Shown: piece after piece, positions 10,276-22,680 of the stretch
How positions within the stretch are numbered: the stretch's first letter is position 1
How the letters are laid out: each line of letters begins with the position of its first letter
Assembly: GCF_018350175.1 (NCBI RefSeq)
Contig: NC_058368.1
Coordinates: forward strand, 68,636,001-68,700,000
Direction: 5' to 3'
Source: Felis catus
Taxonomy: Eukaryota
DNA length: 64,000 nt
Translations under genes and position numbers: made by a program
Notes under the pieces: model-generated
Seen by the model: the letters and a program-made list of their open reading frames with translations, nothing else
Told to the model about the DNA's origin: nothing
Databases searched by the model: none

Positions 10276-13200
10276 ACATAGATCTGTTAGCCAATGATTT
10301 GGAAATGAGTTTAAGCCGAGCCACAGCTTTGAGCTCACTGAGATACAACCTTTCTGTTCCCTCCGCGGTTCCACAGATCGGTAGGATTCCACTCCTGCTT
10401 CCGAATCTTCTGCATTCTGTGTTCTAGGTCTTCTGCAAAAATTCAGCCCCTATGGTGGGTCCCAGCCCACCTGGCTAAGACTCTCGTGCCTTTCCTAAAC
10501 TTTGCTGGATAATCATCTTAAGAAACTCAACCATAGCCTCTTATCTACTCTACCTCTTGGACGTGGCTCCAACCTAAGACAACCTCCCTGAAACCCCAGG
10601 GTTGCCGTCACCCACCTTTGATATTTCTGCCTGGCAACTTCTGTTCTCATGATCTATTCACTTTTAGGTCCCAACCAGTGTTAGTTAATCCGGTGCCCCA
10701 GGTCACAAATGATGCAACCGAGTTTGCTCCCGTGGCCTGGCTCCCACCTCATCCCTGTCTTGTCCTAGTTTTCTTCCTTTCACTGCTTGCCTAGTTTTGA
10801 AGACCCAGCACGTCCCTTAGTCATGATAATGGTATTAAGCTAGCAACTTACCAAATGCTTAAAGTGTAGCATTTTTCTACCCCTGTCATTCCACTTGCAA
10901 TCCTTGTTTCCAACTTCAAGCTAGAGCGTAACTCACAAATACAAAAGGAAGTCACGAGGATCATAATGAATAGATGTGGTATTATTCAACATGGACGCGT
11001 AGACCAGTTTAGTCTTGTCAGACCTACTCATGACAGATCTTCATATTGCCAAAGTCACCCGCCCTTTCCCCCCTGCATATTACATTAGGGCGACTTGTTT
11101 TACCTTTTCCTCACATATACCCCTTGCTGTCCCAAAGAATGTCTTATTCCGTGTTCAGGTAACAGAACATGCACTTACACTCTGCTTTTGAATTAGCCCT
11201 CTGTAGTTTTTATGTGCTGCTGAAAGAGTTCTTTCTTTTCTCTGGCACACCGTCTGCTTTTCCTCTCTGGAAAATTTTTGTAACCACATGTGCACATTTA
11301 GTGCTACAGACTCTTCTTTAAGAGGTAATTTATGGAAAACCAATCCACGTACATTACGAGTGCCAATGCTATAAGTCCGTGTAATCATATAATTTCAGAG
11401 TTTGTTGGAGCCAGAAAACAGGGAAGTCAGTCTTTGATATGCCTGCACAGTCCTCATGGCCGTATTCGTAAGGGAATACTTAGTACAAAAAATCATGGCA
11501 GCGATTGTTTAACCTGCCTCCACTCTTAATATTTGAGTGGAGAAAGAATTTCTGCTCAAAATTAGATATGGACATACTACCTATTCTTCTTGGGGATCTT
11601 TTAAAAGAGATTCCACCCACCTATCACATTGTTCTGCAGGATGAGTCATGAGCACCGCAATGCCATAAAAGGAAGATTCTAACACATTTACTCATAGACC
11701 TCCTGGCTGGACAGATCGGTCATGCTCCGATCTTGTAGCAGTGATGTATACATTCACAGGCACAGTGATGGCATGATGACTCCATTCCCCTGAAGGATCT
11801 GACTTCATTTTGGGGCTTCAGCCTTTCCCCCCCTCTCTTGACATCAAGTCTTGCTTCATCCAGTTTCCAGAATCCAACTGCCTGCTTTCCAACGGGGGTT
11901 TCCATGACAACTTCTGTTTGTGGTGGTGTTGACTCCAGAGCTTTGTTTCATTTCTCCTTTGTGGCGCTGAGCTCTTCTTTCCTGAACATCCCTGGTTCTT
12001 CTCTGTTCTTATATTGTGCTTGACTTTGACCTCAGCCTCTCTGAGTTTAATTTACATACTGATGAGTTTTGTTCTCAGATAAACCAGAGAGAATCAGAAT
12101 CAAAGTCATAATTTTAAACACTGCCCATCACAGAACTAGGTCAGATCAAAAGTCTCCTGCCTTAGTGATGGCCACTAATTTTCTGTCCTGAAAAATAAGG
12201 ATTAAATAAGAAAATAAATCCAAGGAAATCCAATCCTCCCTCTCCCCCCCCCCCCCACCAATAAACACATACACTTCTAAGGTTGGTCACCTTTCAAGCT
12301 AATTCTACATGTTTAACTGATTAAAAAGTCATTTAAGAGCATTAAGATCATTAAGATCTTTTTTTTTTTTTCAGATGCAATCCCTGACAGGGGATTCCTA
12401 TCAGTCATTCACTCCTTAGTATAAAGTGACTTTATCATTCAATGACAAATTGGCAGTTCTGGATAAAGGTGGGAGACTGGGGTTGAGAAGAGGGGTTATT
12501 CTTAAATGTAAGAGGCAAGAAGGCAGATTCTGTAGGGAAACATTCTAAAACCAAAAAGATCTCAGAGCCTGGCGGTATGAGGTAGCACTTTGTAATGAGC
12601 TGGTAGTGCCGCTAATAAAGGGAGGTAGGAGGGCGAATTCACAGAGTTTGCGGGATTTCTTCAGCACATCCACCTGAAACAGACCACCGTGAAGCCTTTC
12701 ACCTCTGCCCTTGGCATGTGGTTGTAGGTTGCCGGTGCCTGTGTGTGTGAGGTATTTTACCAGGTGCAATTTAAATCCAGTTTAAACTCTTAGAGGCATA
12801 GCAGACACACCAGTGCAGATGTATCGCCCCCCATTCACAGCACAGGCTCTGCTCCCTCCTTGCTCTCGTCCTCCTTCTCCTCTCTAATGTCCCACTTGAA
12901 AGGCTCATTAGGAATCATTCCCACAAAGTCCTATTGGTCGCGTCATCATTCAGAAGTATGTAGTTAATGACAAACATAAAATGGAGAAATAGACACAAAA
13001 TCTACAAAGTCACATAAGAGAAATCAATGTTTTGAAATCTTTGAAACACCAAGCATCTTTATACAGTGGAGAGCAGAGATGTTCTGGACTCAGGGAGGCG
13101 TGAGGTGGGCCCTTGTCCTGCCTCCTCTCTAGCCAGATGCTCTCAATGCCTTATTTAACCTTCTGTAGCCTGAATTTACCCACAGAAGGGAGAATAGAAA

Positions 13201-13299
13201 ATCTCTCCCTCTTACGGTTATGAAGATTATGAGATAAAATTCGTAATGTGTCTGCCAGAGGGTTAAGTCAGATCAGATTTCAGTAAAGGGTTTCACATA

Positions 13300-13520
13300 G
13301 GGGCCCCTGGGTGGCTTAGTTGGTTAAGCATCTGACTCTTGATCTCGGCCCCGATCATGATTTCATGGTTCACGGGATTGAGCCCCTTGTCGGGCTGTGT
13401 GTGGACCGCCCGGAACCTGCTTGGGATTCTCTCCCTCTCTATCTCTGCCCTTCCCCTACTGGTACTCATTTCCTCTCTCTTTCAAAATAAATACATAAAG
13501 AAACTTTTAAACATTTTTAA
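13300..13520 (+). mobile_element. Can-SINE
   Basis: ggggcccctgggtggcttagttggttaagc...ttcaaaataaatac. Confidence 0.95.
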
Positions 13521-13879
13521 AAAGGTTATATATTCATATATATATATATATATGAAAGCATTTTTAGTTTTCTAGAGCTCTTGTTCAGAAAATGTTCTAT
13601 CAATATTCATCTAAAAATTCATCTAACAAAATAATTACTGAATGACTAATATGTGCCAAGTAGTGTAAAATTTGATATAATTTCTTTTTATGGATTTTTG
13701 AGGATGTGACTTAGACTTTTTTTGAAATCAAATTTTTGGAACAGTCACTTTCATTAGACTCATGATGTCTGTGTTCTCGTTGGCTGGTTTGGAATTCTGT
13801 GCTTGCTCACTATATTTAAAAAAGCAGTCATGATTCATCTTATAGTCCACAAAAATCTCTGGAGAGCCCTCAAACCCAG

Positions 13880-14260
13880 TCATTTCAATGTGATCAGTAT
13901 TTATGTGCTACTTCCTATGTGCAGAGGGCAGTGCTAGAAGCTGGGAGTAGTGAGGAAGAATAAAACACTGTTGTGTTTCAAGGAACAGTACATATGGCTG
14001 ACAGCCAAAGCATCAGGCGAATGACTGATCGAAAACAGGGAAATGTAGGCAATGAGCAAATGCTATGAGAAACATGGGGAGAGAGCTTCATTCTAGCAGG
14101 GGGTACCAGTTAGTAGAGGAGATAGCATTTATACATGGCCTTCAAGAATGGATAGGATCTGACCTAGGAAGACAGGAAGAAGAGACTTGTGTAGACAAAG
14201 AAGGTTGAGCATCTAGGTCGCCATATTCCGGGAGATAATAAACTTAGCTGAAGTTATAGC
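13880..14260 (-). mobile_element. L2 fragment
   Basis: tatttatgtgctacttcctatgtgcag...gtgctagaagctggg (reverse L2 3' end) followed by purine-rich L2-like body. Confidence 0.6.
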
Positions 14261-14529
14261 TTTGGAAGCATAGAATCAGTGTCTTATAGCTGGAAGGGAC
14301 CCTAGAATCCAGTCCACTCATTTTAGCAGCATGCGTTAAAGGAAATTATGGGGGGGGGTGGTATATTTAGAAAGGTATGTTGGATTAATTCATGCAGAAC
14401 CTAAAATGTCATTTGAAAAGACCTACTACAGGTAATGGATGTTTCTGGGAAGTTCTGAGTGGTAGAATTGAATGTATTTACAGCCCTTACTCTTATTTGG
14501 GGTCCTTTTATAGCTCTTCTGGATAAATA

Positions 14530-14975
14530 TTTGGAAAGTTTGTTAAAACATTGATTGCTGTCCCCCACCCCAGAGTCTGGATGGGGCCCAAGAATCTGCC
14601 TTTTTAACAGGTTCACCAGCTGCTGCTGCTGGTCTGGAGACCACACTTTGGGAGCCATTGTTCTGTTGTGTATTATTGGCGGTCAACTCTGGATGCCCAT
14701 TCCAATCACCAGAGGATTTTTTTTTTTAAAGTACTGAGGTGTGCGCCCTACTGCAGACCAGAGCATGGGCTGTTGTGGTTGCTAAAAGCCCCCCATGTGA
14801 TGAAATCTCGGGTCAGCACTTCTCAAATTTGCTCCTGCACATGAATCACTAGGAATGTGAGATGCAGATTCCTCTTCAGTAGATCTGGGTTGAGGTTTGA
14901 GGTCATGCATTTCTAATGAGCTCCCAGAAGACGTTAATGCCTCTGGTGAGTGGGCCACGCTTTGAATAGCCAGCC
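14530..14975. mobile_element. Cluster of three MER5-family elements
   Basis: Repeated MER5 hallmarks: ggggcccaagaatctgcctttttaacag...gaccacactttg; aatcacc...aaagccccccatgtgat; cttctcaaa...gcatttctaatgagctccc...ccacgctttgaatagc. Confidence 0.75.
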
Positions 14976-17900
14976 TCTAGATTCTTTTTGTTTTTTTTTT
15001 TCTTTTTCTCACTTTTCTCTCTAAGCTTTCATTCAGCGGTTGACTCAGTCTCCCCTTTCTGCTCCCAGTGCGGCAGGATGACTTACCTTTCCCAAATCCC
15101 TATGTGTATATTGTGCCTAAGAAAAAAACCTAGAGGGATGGGGCGAAAGACCCTTGATTTGGTCAGCAGCTGAGTCAACCTGGAGATGGGACTCTGGGCA
15201 GACTCCTGCTCGGTGGCACAAGGCCTGACGCAGTGCAGGTGAGTCTGAGCCAGCAGCCTGGACCTGGATGTGTCCATCTGAAGCCTTCTGTCCCCACCAA
15301 CTGCTGCGCTTGGCAGGCCACCCACATGCCTCATGCTCCGCCTGCCTTGCTGCTCCTCCTTTACACACTCCTGTGCGTCGCTCTCCCACCCTCTCTCAGC
15401 AGCTTGCTTTTTTGCACCAATTACTCTTTGTTATAAGCATGATTCCCAAAGAGAGAATAAGAAGCTTTCTGGCGTATCTATTAATCATGAAGGAGTTTGA
15501 AAGCTGGAAATAAGGAAAGGGAGAAAGAGATGTATAAACTGAATGGAAAAGGCCCATTTGAAATGAAAATTCTTGTAGGACTTGCATTCCTGTAGTTACC
15601 TTAAATGCCTTCCTCCCTTTGTGTGTCTGTGTGTGTGCAGGGTGGGGGGGGGGGTGGGGGGGAGAGAGACAGCGGGGTGGGGAGTGATTTTCCCCCTTTT
15701 ATTTTCTCCAGTGAATTCTGACGATGATTTGAAATGCTCTTGGCTAGAAAACTACACTTGGAAGAATAAAAATGAAAACATTCCAAGGCTGTAAGGCGAA
15801 TCTCTTGCTCTTACAACCTTGAGTAGATCAACACTAAGACACCGAAATTATGTCAATTAAAGGACAATATCTGAGCACAAGCCGCTCTGTGCCGTCACGG
15901 AACAAAGAAAGAAAACAGTAATTGTTTTGCTAAGCTGTGTTTATATTAACAAAGGCCTCTGGAAGAGTTTAGCGCTTGAAATTTTTCTTCCTGGGACCTT
16001 GGAACATTACCACTTAGGAGCGGAACTGATGATTTATTTACTGATTATATGTGAGTGAGGAGAGTTTTGCAAGGGTTCCAAGAGCGACTTCCAAATGGAC
16101 ATGAACACAGACACATGCAAAGGGTGCGGGGAATTCAGGCCAATTGTGGTACTCTGTGATACTCACAAATTTGGGTCAGTCTCTCAATTAGTTTAGCTCC
16201 TCATCTGTGTGAGTACAGAAACAAAAGCTACTTGGAGCCCTTGCGGGTTGGCAGAGCATCTTAAAATACCCTCCTAAAGAGGCAGCGCTGTAAATTCAAA
16301 ACAGACTTCCAAAATAAACTCAGCAGGGCAGCGGCCCGGGAGCTCGCACAGCCAGGCCCAGTCCCCAGGTCTGGATGCTCTCGAAACTTCAGTCCCTTCG
16401 AGCATTGCAGCCTTCCTCCATGAGCCCCTTCTCCTGTGCAGAGTCCATCATCCTGAAGTACCGTCAAGATCTGTGCCATTCCAGATGTGCGCTTTCACGA
16501 ACCTTCCTCTGCTAGTCGTTATCAGCCTCTTCCTCGCAGCGGAGGGAATTGAGTGCGCTTAGCGCACTTGCAAGTTACATGCGTGTGCAAAGGCCAGGCA
16601 TTTGACATAGGGTGTTGGATCAGGACTTTTTTTAATCTCGGAGGTTGCCGGGCACATGTGTGATGTACAGTAACAAATACAATTCTCTCAGAACTAAATC
16701 CAAATCCGGCCTGTTTGTCTCAGCCATTTCTGCCACCAGAGCAAACTTTTGTGGTTTCGAGCATAAGTACAGATCATCTGTTGTGCTTTAAAGTGGGTGT
16801 TTTTTTTTAAAGGAGCTAATTTGGTTGTGCAATGCCATCAAGAGGAGCCACTTGTAAATTATATTTAGGTGTGTGTATGTTCTTCCGCTGGCGGTGATGG
16901 TGAATCATGTCCATTCACTCCATTATGTAACTCCACACTTACAAGAAGGGTTCCAAGACTCAACCATGCCCGAGAAGCCCCTGCCCATCCATGTTCCGTG
17001 AATGGGCGCAAATCCATGCCCAGCAGAAGGGCCTCTGCTCTTCTCTCCACCTGGCCTGGCCTTTCAGTGGGGAAGAGGATAGGATGACCAACTTGCATGA
17101 GCTTGCCTAGGAGTCTCCCGGCTTTAATGGAAGGCCCTGTTTCGGGAACTCCACCCCCACTTCCTCAGTCCCAGGCAGACTTGGGCGTCTGGTCACCCTA
17201 ACAGGTCTGGCGGTTTGACCATTTCTGGCCTCAGCTGTGGACGTTAGCCCTGGGTCCTGGGTTCTGCCCAGGCCTTCCCGCTCCAGCAGGAAATCAAGAA
17301 GATTCCACGCTCTGGGATTAAAAGGCAGGTTTGGGGCACGAGGTCACCTCTGGTCACGGAGAGGAGGACAGTTCTTCTCCAGTTGACTTCTTTTGGACTT
17401 CAGAATAAGGCAGTAACCGCGGCTTTTTGACCAGGTTTGTGTTGTTTCTGGAAGGATACTACATATACTTAATGGGCATAAAAGTTATGCACGATAATTA
17501 GGATGTGTAGAAAATTAATTTTTCTATAACTGAATTAAATTTCCTCATGAGCCTTCCTTTGTATGGATGGAGGGGGAACATCTTGTCTTTTGAGGATTGT
17601 TCAGTTTAAGACTAGACTTTTTCAGGTGAAACTCTTGGTGAAAAGTCAGTCTGTTGAGGATCATGCTCCAGTCCACTGTGTTTTCTTCTCCCCTGGGAAG
17701 CTGGGGTGTATGTGACCCACCGGCCTCAGGAAGGAATGTCTGGTCTGAGTCCTCTGTTCTGGCTCCTCCTGGAGTGACCACACAGCCAGGGCTTTTGTGT
17801 GAAGGCCACTGCACCTACTGGGGATGGCTGGTCCCTGGTACCGTGCACCTGTACTTGTCACTGCTGCTGGGAGACCTCCTGGAACTCCAGTCCCGGATCC

Positions 17901-18574
17901 ACGTCTGCTTCTTAACCTGCCCCAGACCTCTGCAGCCCACAGACTCTCTCAGCATCTTGGCTGCCTTCCCCTACACTTCATGGAGAAGAGTCAGTGAATG
18001 TATCTCAGGCCCTCTTTACCTCAACATACGAGGCCATTGTGTCGACTTAGAGAATAATGCAAAGTGTTCCAAATCTTGCAGGGTTTCAGTCCGATGGTGG
18101 GCGTAAGCCCTGAGGGTCACAGATTCCCTCTTAACCTATTCGGTGTTTCTAACATCTTATCAGCACCTCTCTCCAACACAGTTTCGACTGTGGAATGGGG
18201 CTGGACTGAGTCTACTCAGGGATATTGACCCAATTTTAATGCTCTTCCGTGCAACACTTTTCTTAGTTCAAGCCCCAGCCCTTTCTATGCAGAGGAAACT
18301 GCTTATGTCATGCTTACATAATGTCCTAGGTACTTCTCTGTTCTAGACTTATTGTAAAAAATTCTGCAGTCTGAGTCCTACAAGCTTGACCTTTCAGTCT
18401 TCCAAATGAAATGCTTTTCCAAACAAACCAGCTCTTTCTTTTTCTTTTCCTCTCCTCTCCTCTCTTCTTCTCCCTGCTTTCCTCTTCTTTTCTTCCCTCT
18501 CTCACCCTCCCTTTCTCCCTCTTTCCCTCAGCGAATCTCTTGCAAATCTAATGTGCTTTGGCATTGAAGCAATT

Positions 18575-18900
18575 ATTACTCTCTGTGTACTCATTAAAGT
18601 AAAAACAACTGTCATAACAAATCAACCCCTAAACTTTAGAGGCTTAACTTAATGGAAGTTTGCGTCTTACTTTCAAAACAGTTTGACGCAAGTGAGTAAT
18701 GGGGTATTCTGCCCCACACGAGCATTCAAGGACCCAGGAATTCTGTCATCTTCAGAACACGGCTTCTAAGAGACAGTGGAAAAGGTACATCCACCTGTCT
18801 TGGGGGGAACACATATCCGGTTGGGGGAAACTAGTCATATGGCCCCACCTAGAAGCAAGGGAGCCTGGGTATTGTAGTCCTCACCTGTGCAATCACTTCC
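18575..18900 (-). mobile_element. Old MLT1 (MaLR) LTR fragment
   Basis: cataacaaatcaacccctaaactttagaggctta...ctagtcatatggccccacctagaagcaagggagcctggg. Confidence 0.65.
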
Positions 18901-19495
18901 CAGCCACAGTTCTAACTAGGACTTACCCTTCTATGTGCTAACGTTTGCAGACTTCTAGAATGCACGGGGCACTGTGCTGGGCATTAGGCAGAAAGACGAT
19001 GAAGACGTGGTCTTTACCGTCAAGGAGCTTACCTTAAATATTGCTGAGCGACTAACCTCTCTATGCTGCTCTTTGCTAGCTAGAGCAATAAGATTCAGCC
19101 TTTTGGCTTGTCTTTGTTGATATAATACATAATGCAGGGTTGGGGTGGAACCAGCTAATAACCAAATCTAAAACTGAGAGGGGTCTCGGAGGTCATCTGC
19201 ATAAAAACTTTTGCCCATAGATAAGAGAATGTAAGACCCAGAGAATTCAAATGACTTGCCCAATTTGTCCTAGCCAATTAGAACTAGAACCAAGTTAAAA
19301 TCCAGCTCTTTCCATCTTTCAATTCTAAACACGGTACAGTATATCGGGATCTTTCTGATAACTGTGCAACATGTAAGAGTTTATGAGCTCAGGGATTTTT
19401 ACAGGTGTTCAGGCAAATGTGGCTGCGGTGAGTGCAATTTCCCAATGTAGTGCTGTTTGTAGATAGGACAGTCAGTTCTGGGGCCTTGGAGTAAA

Positions 19496-19675
19496 TACAC
19501 ACACACACACACACACACACACACCATAAACAAGTAGTAAAAGCTAGAAAGTCTATGATCAGTTTCCCAATATGAAGATGTCTGTGCCGCTGTTTATGTG
19601 GCCGAGTTAAAATTCCCTGGAGAGAGAGAGAGAGAGAGAGAGAACACTAAATAAACAGCTAAGTAAGTAAATACA

Positions 19676-19714
<39 letters not shown>

Positions 19715-20100
19715 AGTTAATCTCCTTGGACAGTCTCAGACTCTCCTGCAGTCTAAAACCATGCACTCAGCTGTTCAGGAAGAAACAGTGGGATGGGAAC
19801 CCTAACTTCTCAATATATAAATAAAATTAAGTCTTCCTATAGTCCTAGACTTGGATATTTTAGCTACAACTAAGTAATTACCTCAGAAAGCTACCAAGAC
19901 ACCGATTTACCTTGCATAGACATTTTTTTGATTATGCTGGAATAGCCAAATTTCTCCTACATTGATCAAGAAAGAAGGGAAGGAAGGAAGGAAGGAAGGA
20001 AGGAAGGAAGGAAGGAAGGAAGGAAGAAAGGAAGAAAGGAAGGAAAGAAAGAAAGAAGGAAAGAAAGAGAAAGAAAAGGGAAAGGAAAGAGAAAGGAAAG
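19496..20100. repeat. Microsatellite cluster: (CA)n, (GA)n, (TAAA)n, (GGAA)n
   Basis: Directly visible at about 19496, 19620, 19675 and 19968. Confidence 0.95.
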
Positions 20101-20379
20101 TCCATTCCATGCAGCTGGAACCAGACTCCCCGAGATTTTTACAAAATACTTTGTATATGTGCCAAAAATGGAAAGAACCGGCAATATTTTTCTCTACCAA
20201 TATCTTCAGACTAATAGCATTGCAGTCAACTAGTTGGCATTATTCTTTGGGGGGTGTATGGTCAGAAGGCCCAATGTAAGCTGGCTCAAGAAACTTGTCC
20301 TTTTTTCTGGATTCTAAATCTGGATGTAGAGTTCAGGTACTTGCCCTTTCACAGGCTGACTTTTGATGACTTCATCCAA

Positions 20380-21420
20380 CTGTTCACTCAGTTACTCAGC
20401 AGAGACTTATTGAGGGCTTACGGTATGTAGGGCACTGAGATGGGCATTAAGAATTCAAAGATGAATAAGACATGGCCTTTACAGTTAGAGAGCTTAGCTT
20501 AATGTCTCGAAGAGGAGACAGTTATCAGATTGTAGTCATAGTGGGAGAGTCACCAAGTTCATTTAGGGTAGTGTGTCATGCCACTCTGTTATACATGGGG
20601 GATTGTGGGCATGATTTTCTATGCAAATGGCAGCCCTCAGGGTAAAATGTGAGTGATATCCTGGAGATGTGCAACATGACGCTCAGGGAAGAGTCACAAA
20701 CAGGCTTCGTAGGGGACGGGACACCTGAGTTGAGCCTTGAAATGATGAGTAGGTAAACAAAATATAGAAAGGTGTTGCAGGGAATCTCCCAGGCGATGGA
20801 GTAAAATATGGATATGGTTCAAATAGAGTTAACCGGACAAGAGGAGACATGGGAGGGGATGAGGTTGTACGAGGAGACGGAGGCCAGGAAGGAAGTGTCT
20901 TGCATGCCTTATCAAGGAGTTTGAAATGCATCCAGTTAGTGCTGGAGCGTCTTTAAAATGCTTCAGATGTGGCGGTGAGTTGCATTTTTGAAAGTTCACC
21001 TTGGAATTAATGTGGAAGATGGATTTGTGTAAGGAAAGGGGGTGGGGGTGGGCTGGAGGATAGGGAAATAAGTTAGGGGACTACTGAAATAGCCCAGCAG
21101 AGAGGTAATGAAACTCTGAGTTCGTGATAACATGCACAATGATTCAAAGCATTTAAGAGGAGGAAATCCATAGGTTAGAGGTGTAGGTGACCACTAAGAA
21201 GTGAGGGGATAAGCAAAGGGAGTTGCTGATATGAAAGCCAGATGAGGAAATCATAAGTTGTTTAACCAGGGCAGGGGGCCTCCAGTGAAGGTGACTTTGG
21301 TTTGGGGACATGTTGAGTTGAAATTGGGACCACCAGGAGAGCTGCAGAGATAGACCCAAAGTTGAGGAGACGTGTCTGGGCCACAGAAAGCCATTTAGAA
21401 CCATCAGTGTTTAGTGTGTG
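20380..21420 (-). mobile_element. L2 fragment(s)
   Basis: acttattgagggcttacggtatg...gatgaataagacatggcc...tttggggacatgttgagttga. Confidence 0.65.
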
Positions 21421-22159
21421 GTGGGAAATATTCTCCTGAAATCCTAATTTCTCCCTTCTCTCCACTCTAAAATGAACTCTGATGAACTTTCCTGGTGATT
21501 TAACTTTTTCAAAGCCATCACTTGGAATCTATTCAGTCTTAGCTGTCAGATTGAATTACCACTTACATGGCTCTCCACTTGATTATTACAACTCCAGGTC
21601 CCTTCCTGAGGTTTCTCTGCTCCTCTGTTTCCCTGATTGCTTCTAGTTAAATAGTTGAGTAGACTTTCTCCTGGGCGCCGGTCCAGCATTATGCAGCGAA
21701 AAGGTCCTAAGACTGATTCCAGGCTCTACGGCTTTCAAGCCATGTGGTCTTGTGCAAATTATTTAACTTCTCTGAACCTCAGTTTACTTATCTCTGCAAG
21801 CGACTGTAATAATCACGTGGGCACGATGTTTTCTGAAGTTTAAATGAGACAGAATGCAGTAATGTTTAGCATGCCACATCAGTAGGTGTTCAACTGACAT
21901 TAAATGCGTTCATTCATCAGTTTTTTAAATCAGAATCTATCGGAGTTGGAAGAACTCTCTCATCTAGAGAGAGGTAGAACTGGACTCCCACCTTGACCAA
22001 GGTTATGTAGCCAGCAGTCTTTGACTGCTGTGGACTCCATGCCCTTAGCTTTAACTCCAGGTCGTGCTCCTTTCTTCCAGCTTGTTTTGAAAGAGTCTCA
22101 GACTCCCTGTATTACCGGAGCTTTCTTGGGCTTCCTATGGGAAGACAGGAAAATGAGGG

Positions 22160-22680
22160 CTATACTAGCTTTCTTTCACTGCATAACAAATTACCATGAA
22201 CACAATGGCTTAAAACAATGCATTTCTGTTATTTCACAATTTCTACAGGTCAGAACTCCCCACACAGTGTAGCAGGGTCCTTCACTCAAGTTCTCACGAG
22301 GCTACAATCAATATGATGGCCAGGCTCGTCCTTATCTGGAGGCTCAAGCAGGGAAGAATTCACTTGTAAGCTCACCTGGGTTGCTGGCAGAACTCATCTC
22401 CTTATTGTTGTGAGAGTGAGGTGCCCGTTTGCTTGCTGACTGTCAGCTGGGGACCGCTCTTAGGAACCAGAGACCACTCATGGTTGCTGCCATCTGGCCC
22501 TCTCACAGCATAGCATCTTACTTCTTCAAAGCCAGCAGGGAAGTCTCTACAGCCTATCACTTTGCCATATTCCATTGGTCCGAAGCAAGTCCGGGTCCTG
22601 CTCACACCTGACGGGAGGGTATTACACGAGACATGACACCGAGGGATGGAGATCATAGGGCCCTCTTAGAATTCTGCTCT
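22160..22680 (-). mobile_element. MLT1 (MaLR) LTR
   Basis: cataacaaattaccat...tggcttaaaacaa...ttacttcttcaaagccagc...tcttagaattctgc. Confidence 0.85.

Noticed and set aside
10290..10690. Possible second ERVL internal fragment on the minus strand
   Set aside because: Only a faint EWNP-like resemblance; not supportable without a search
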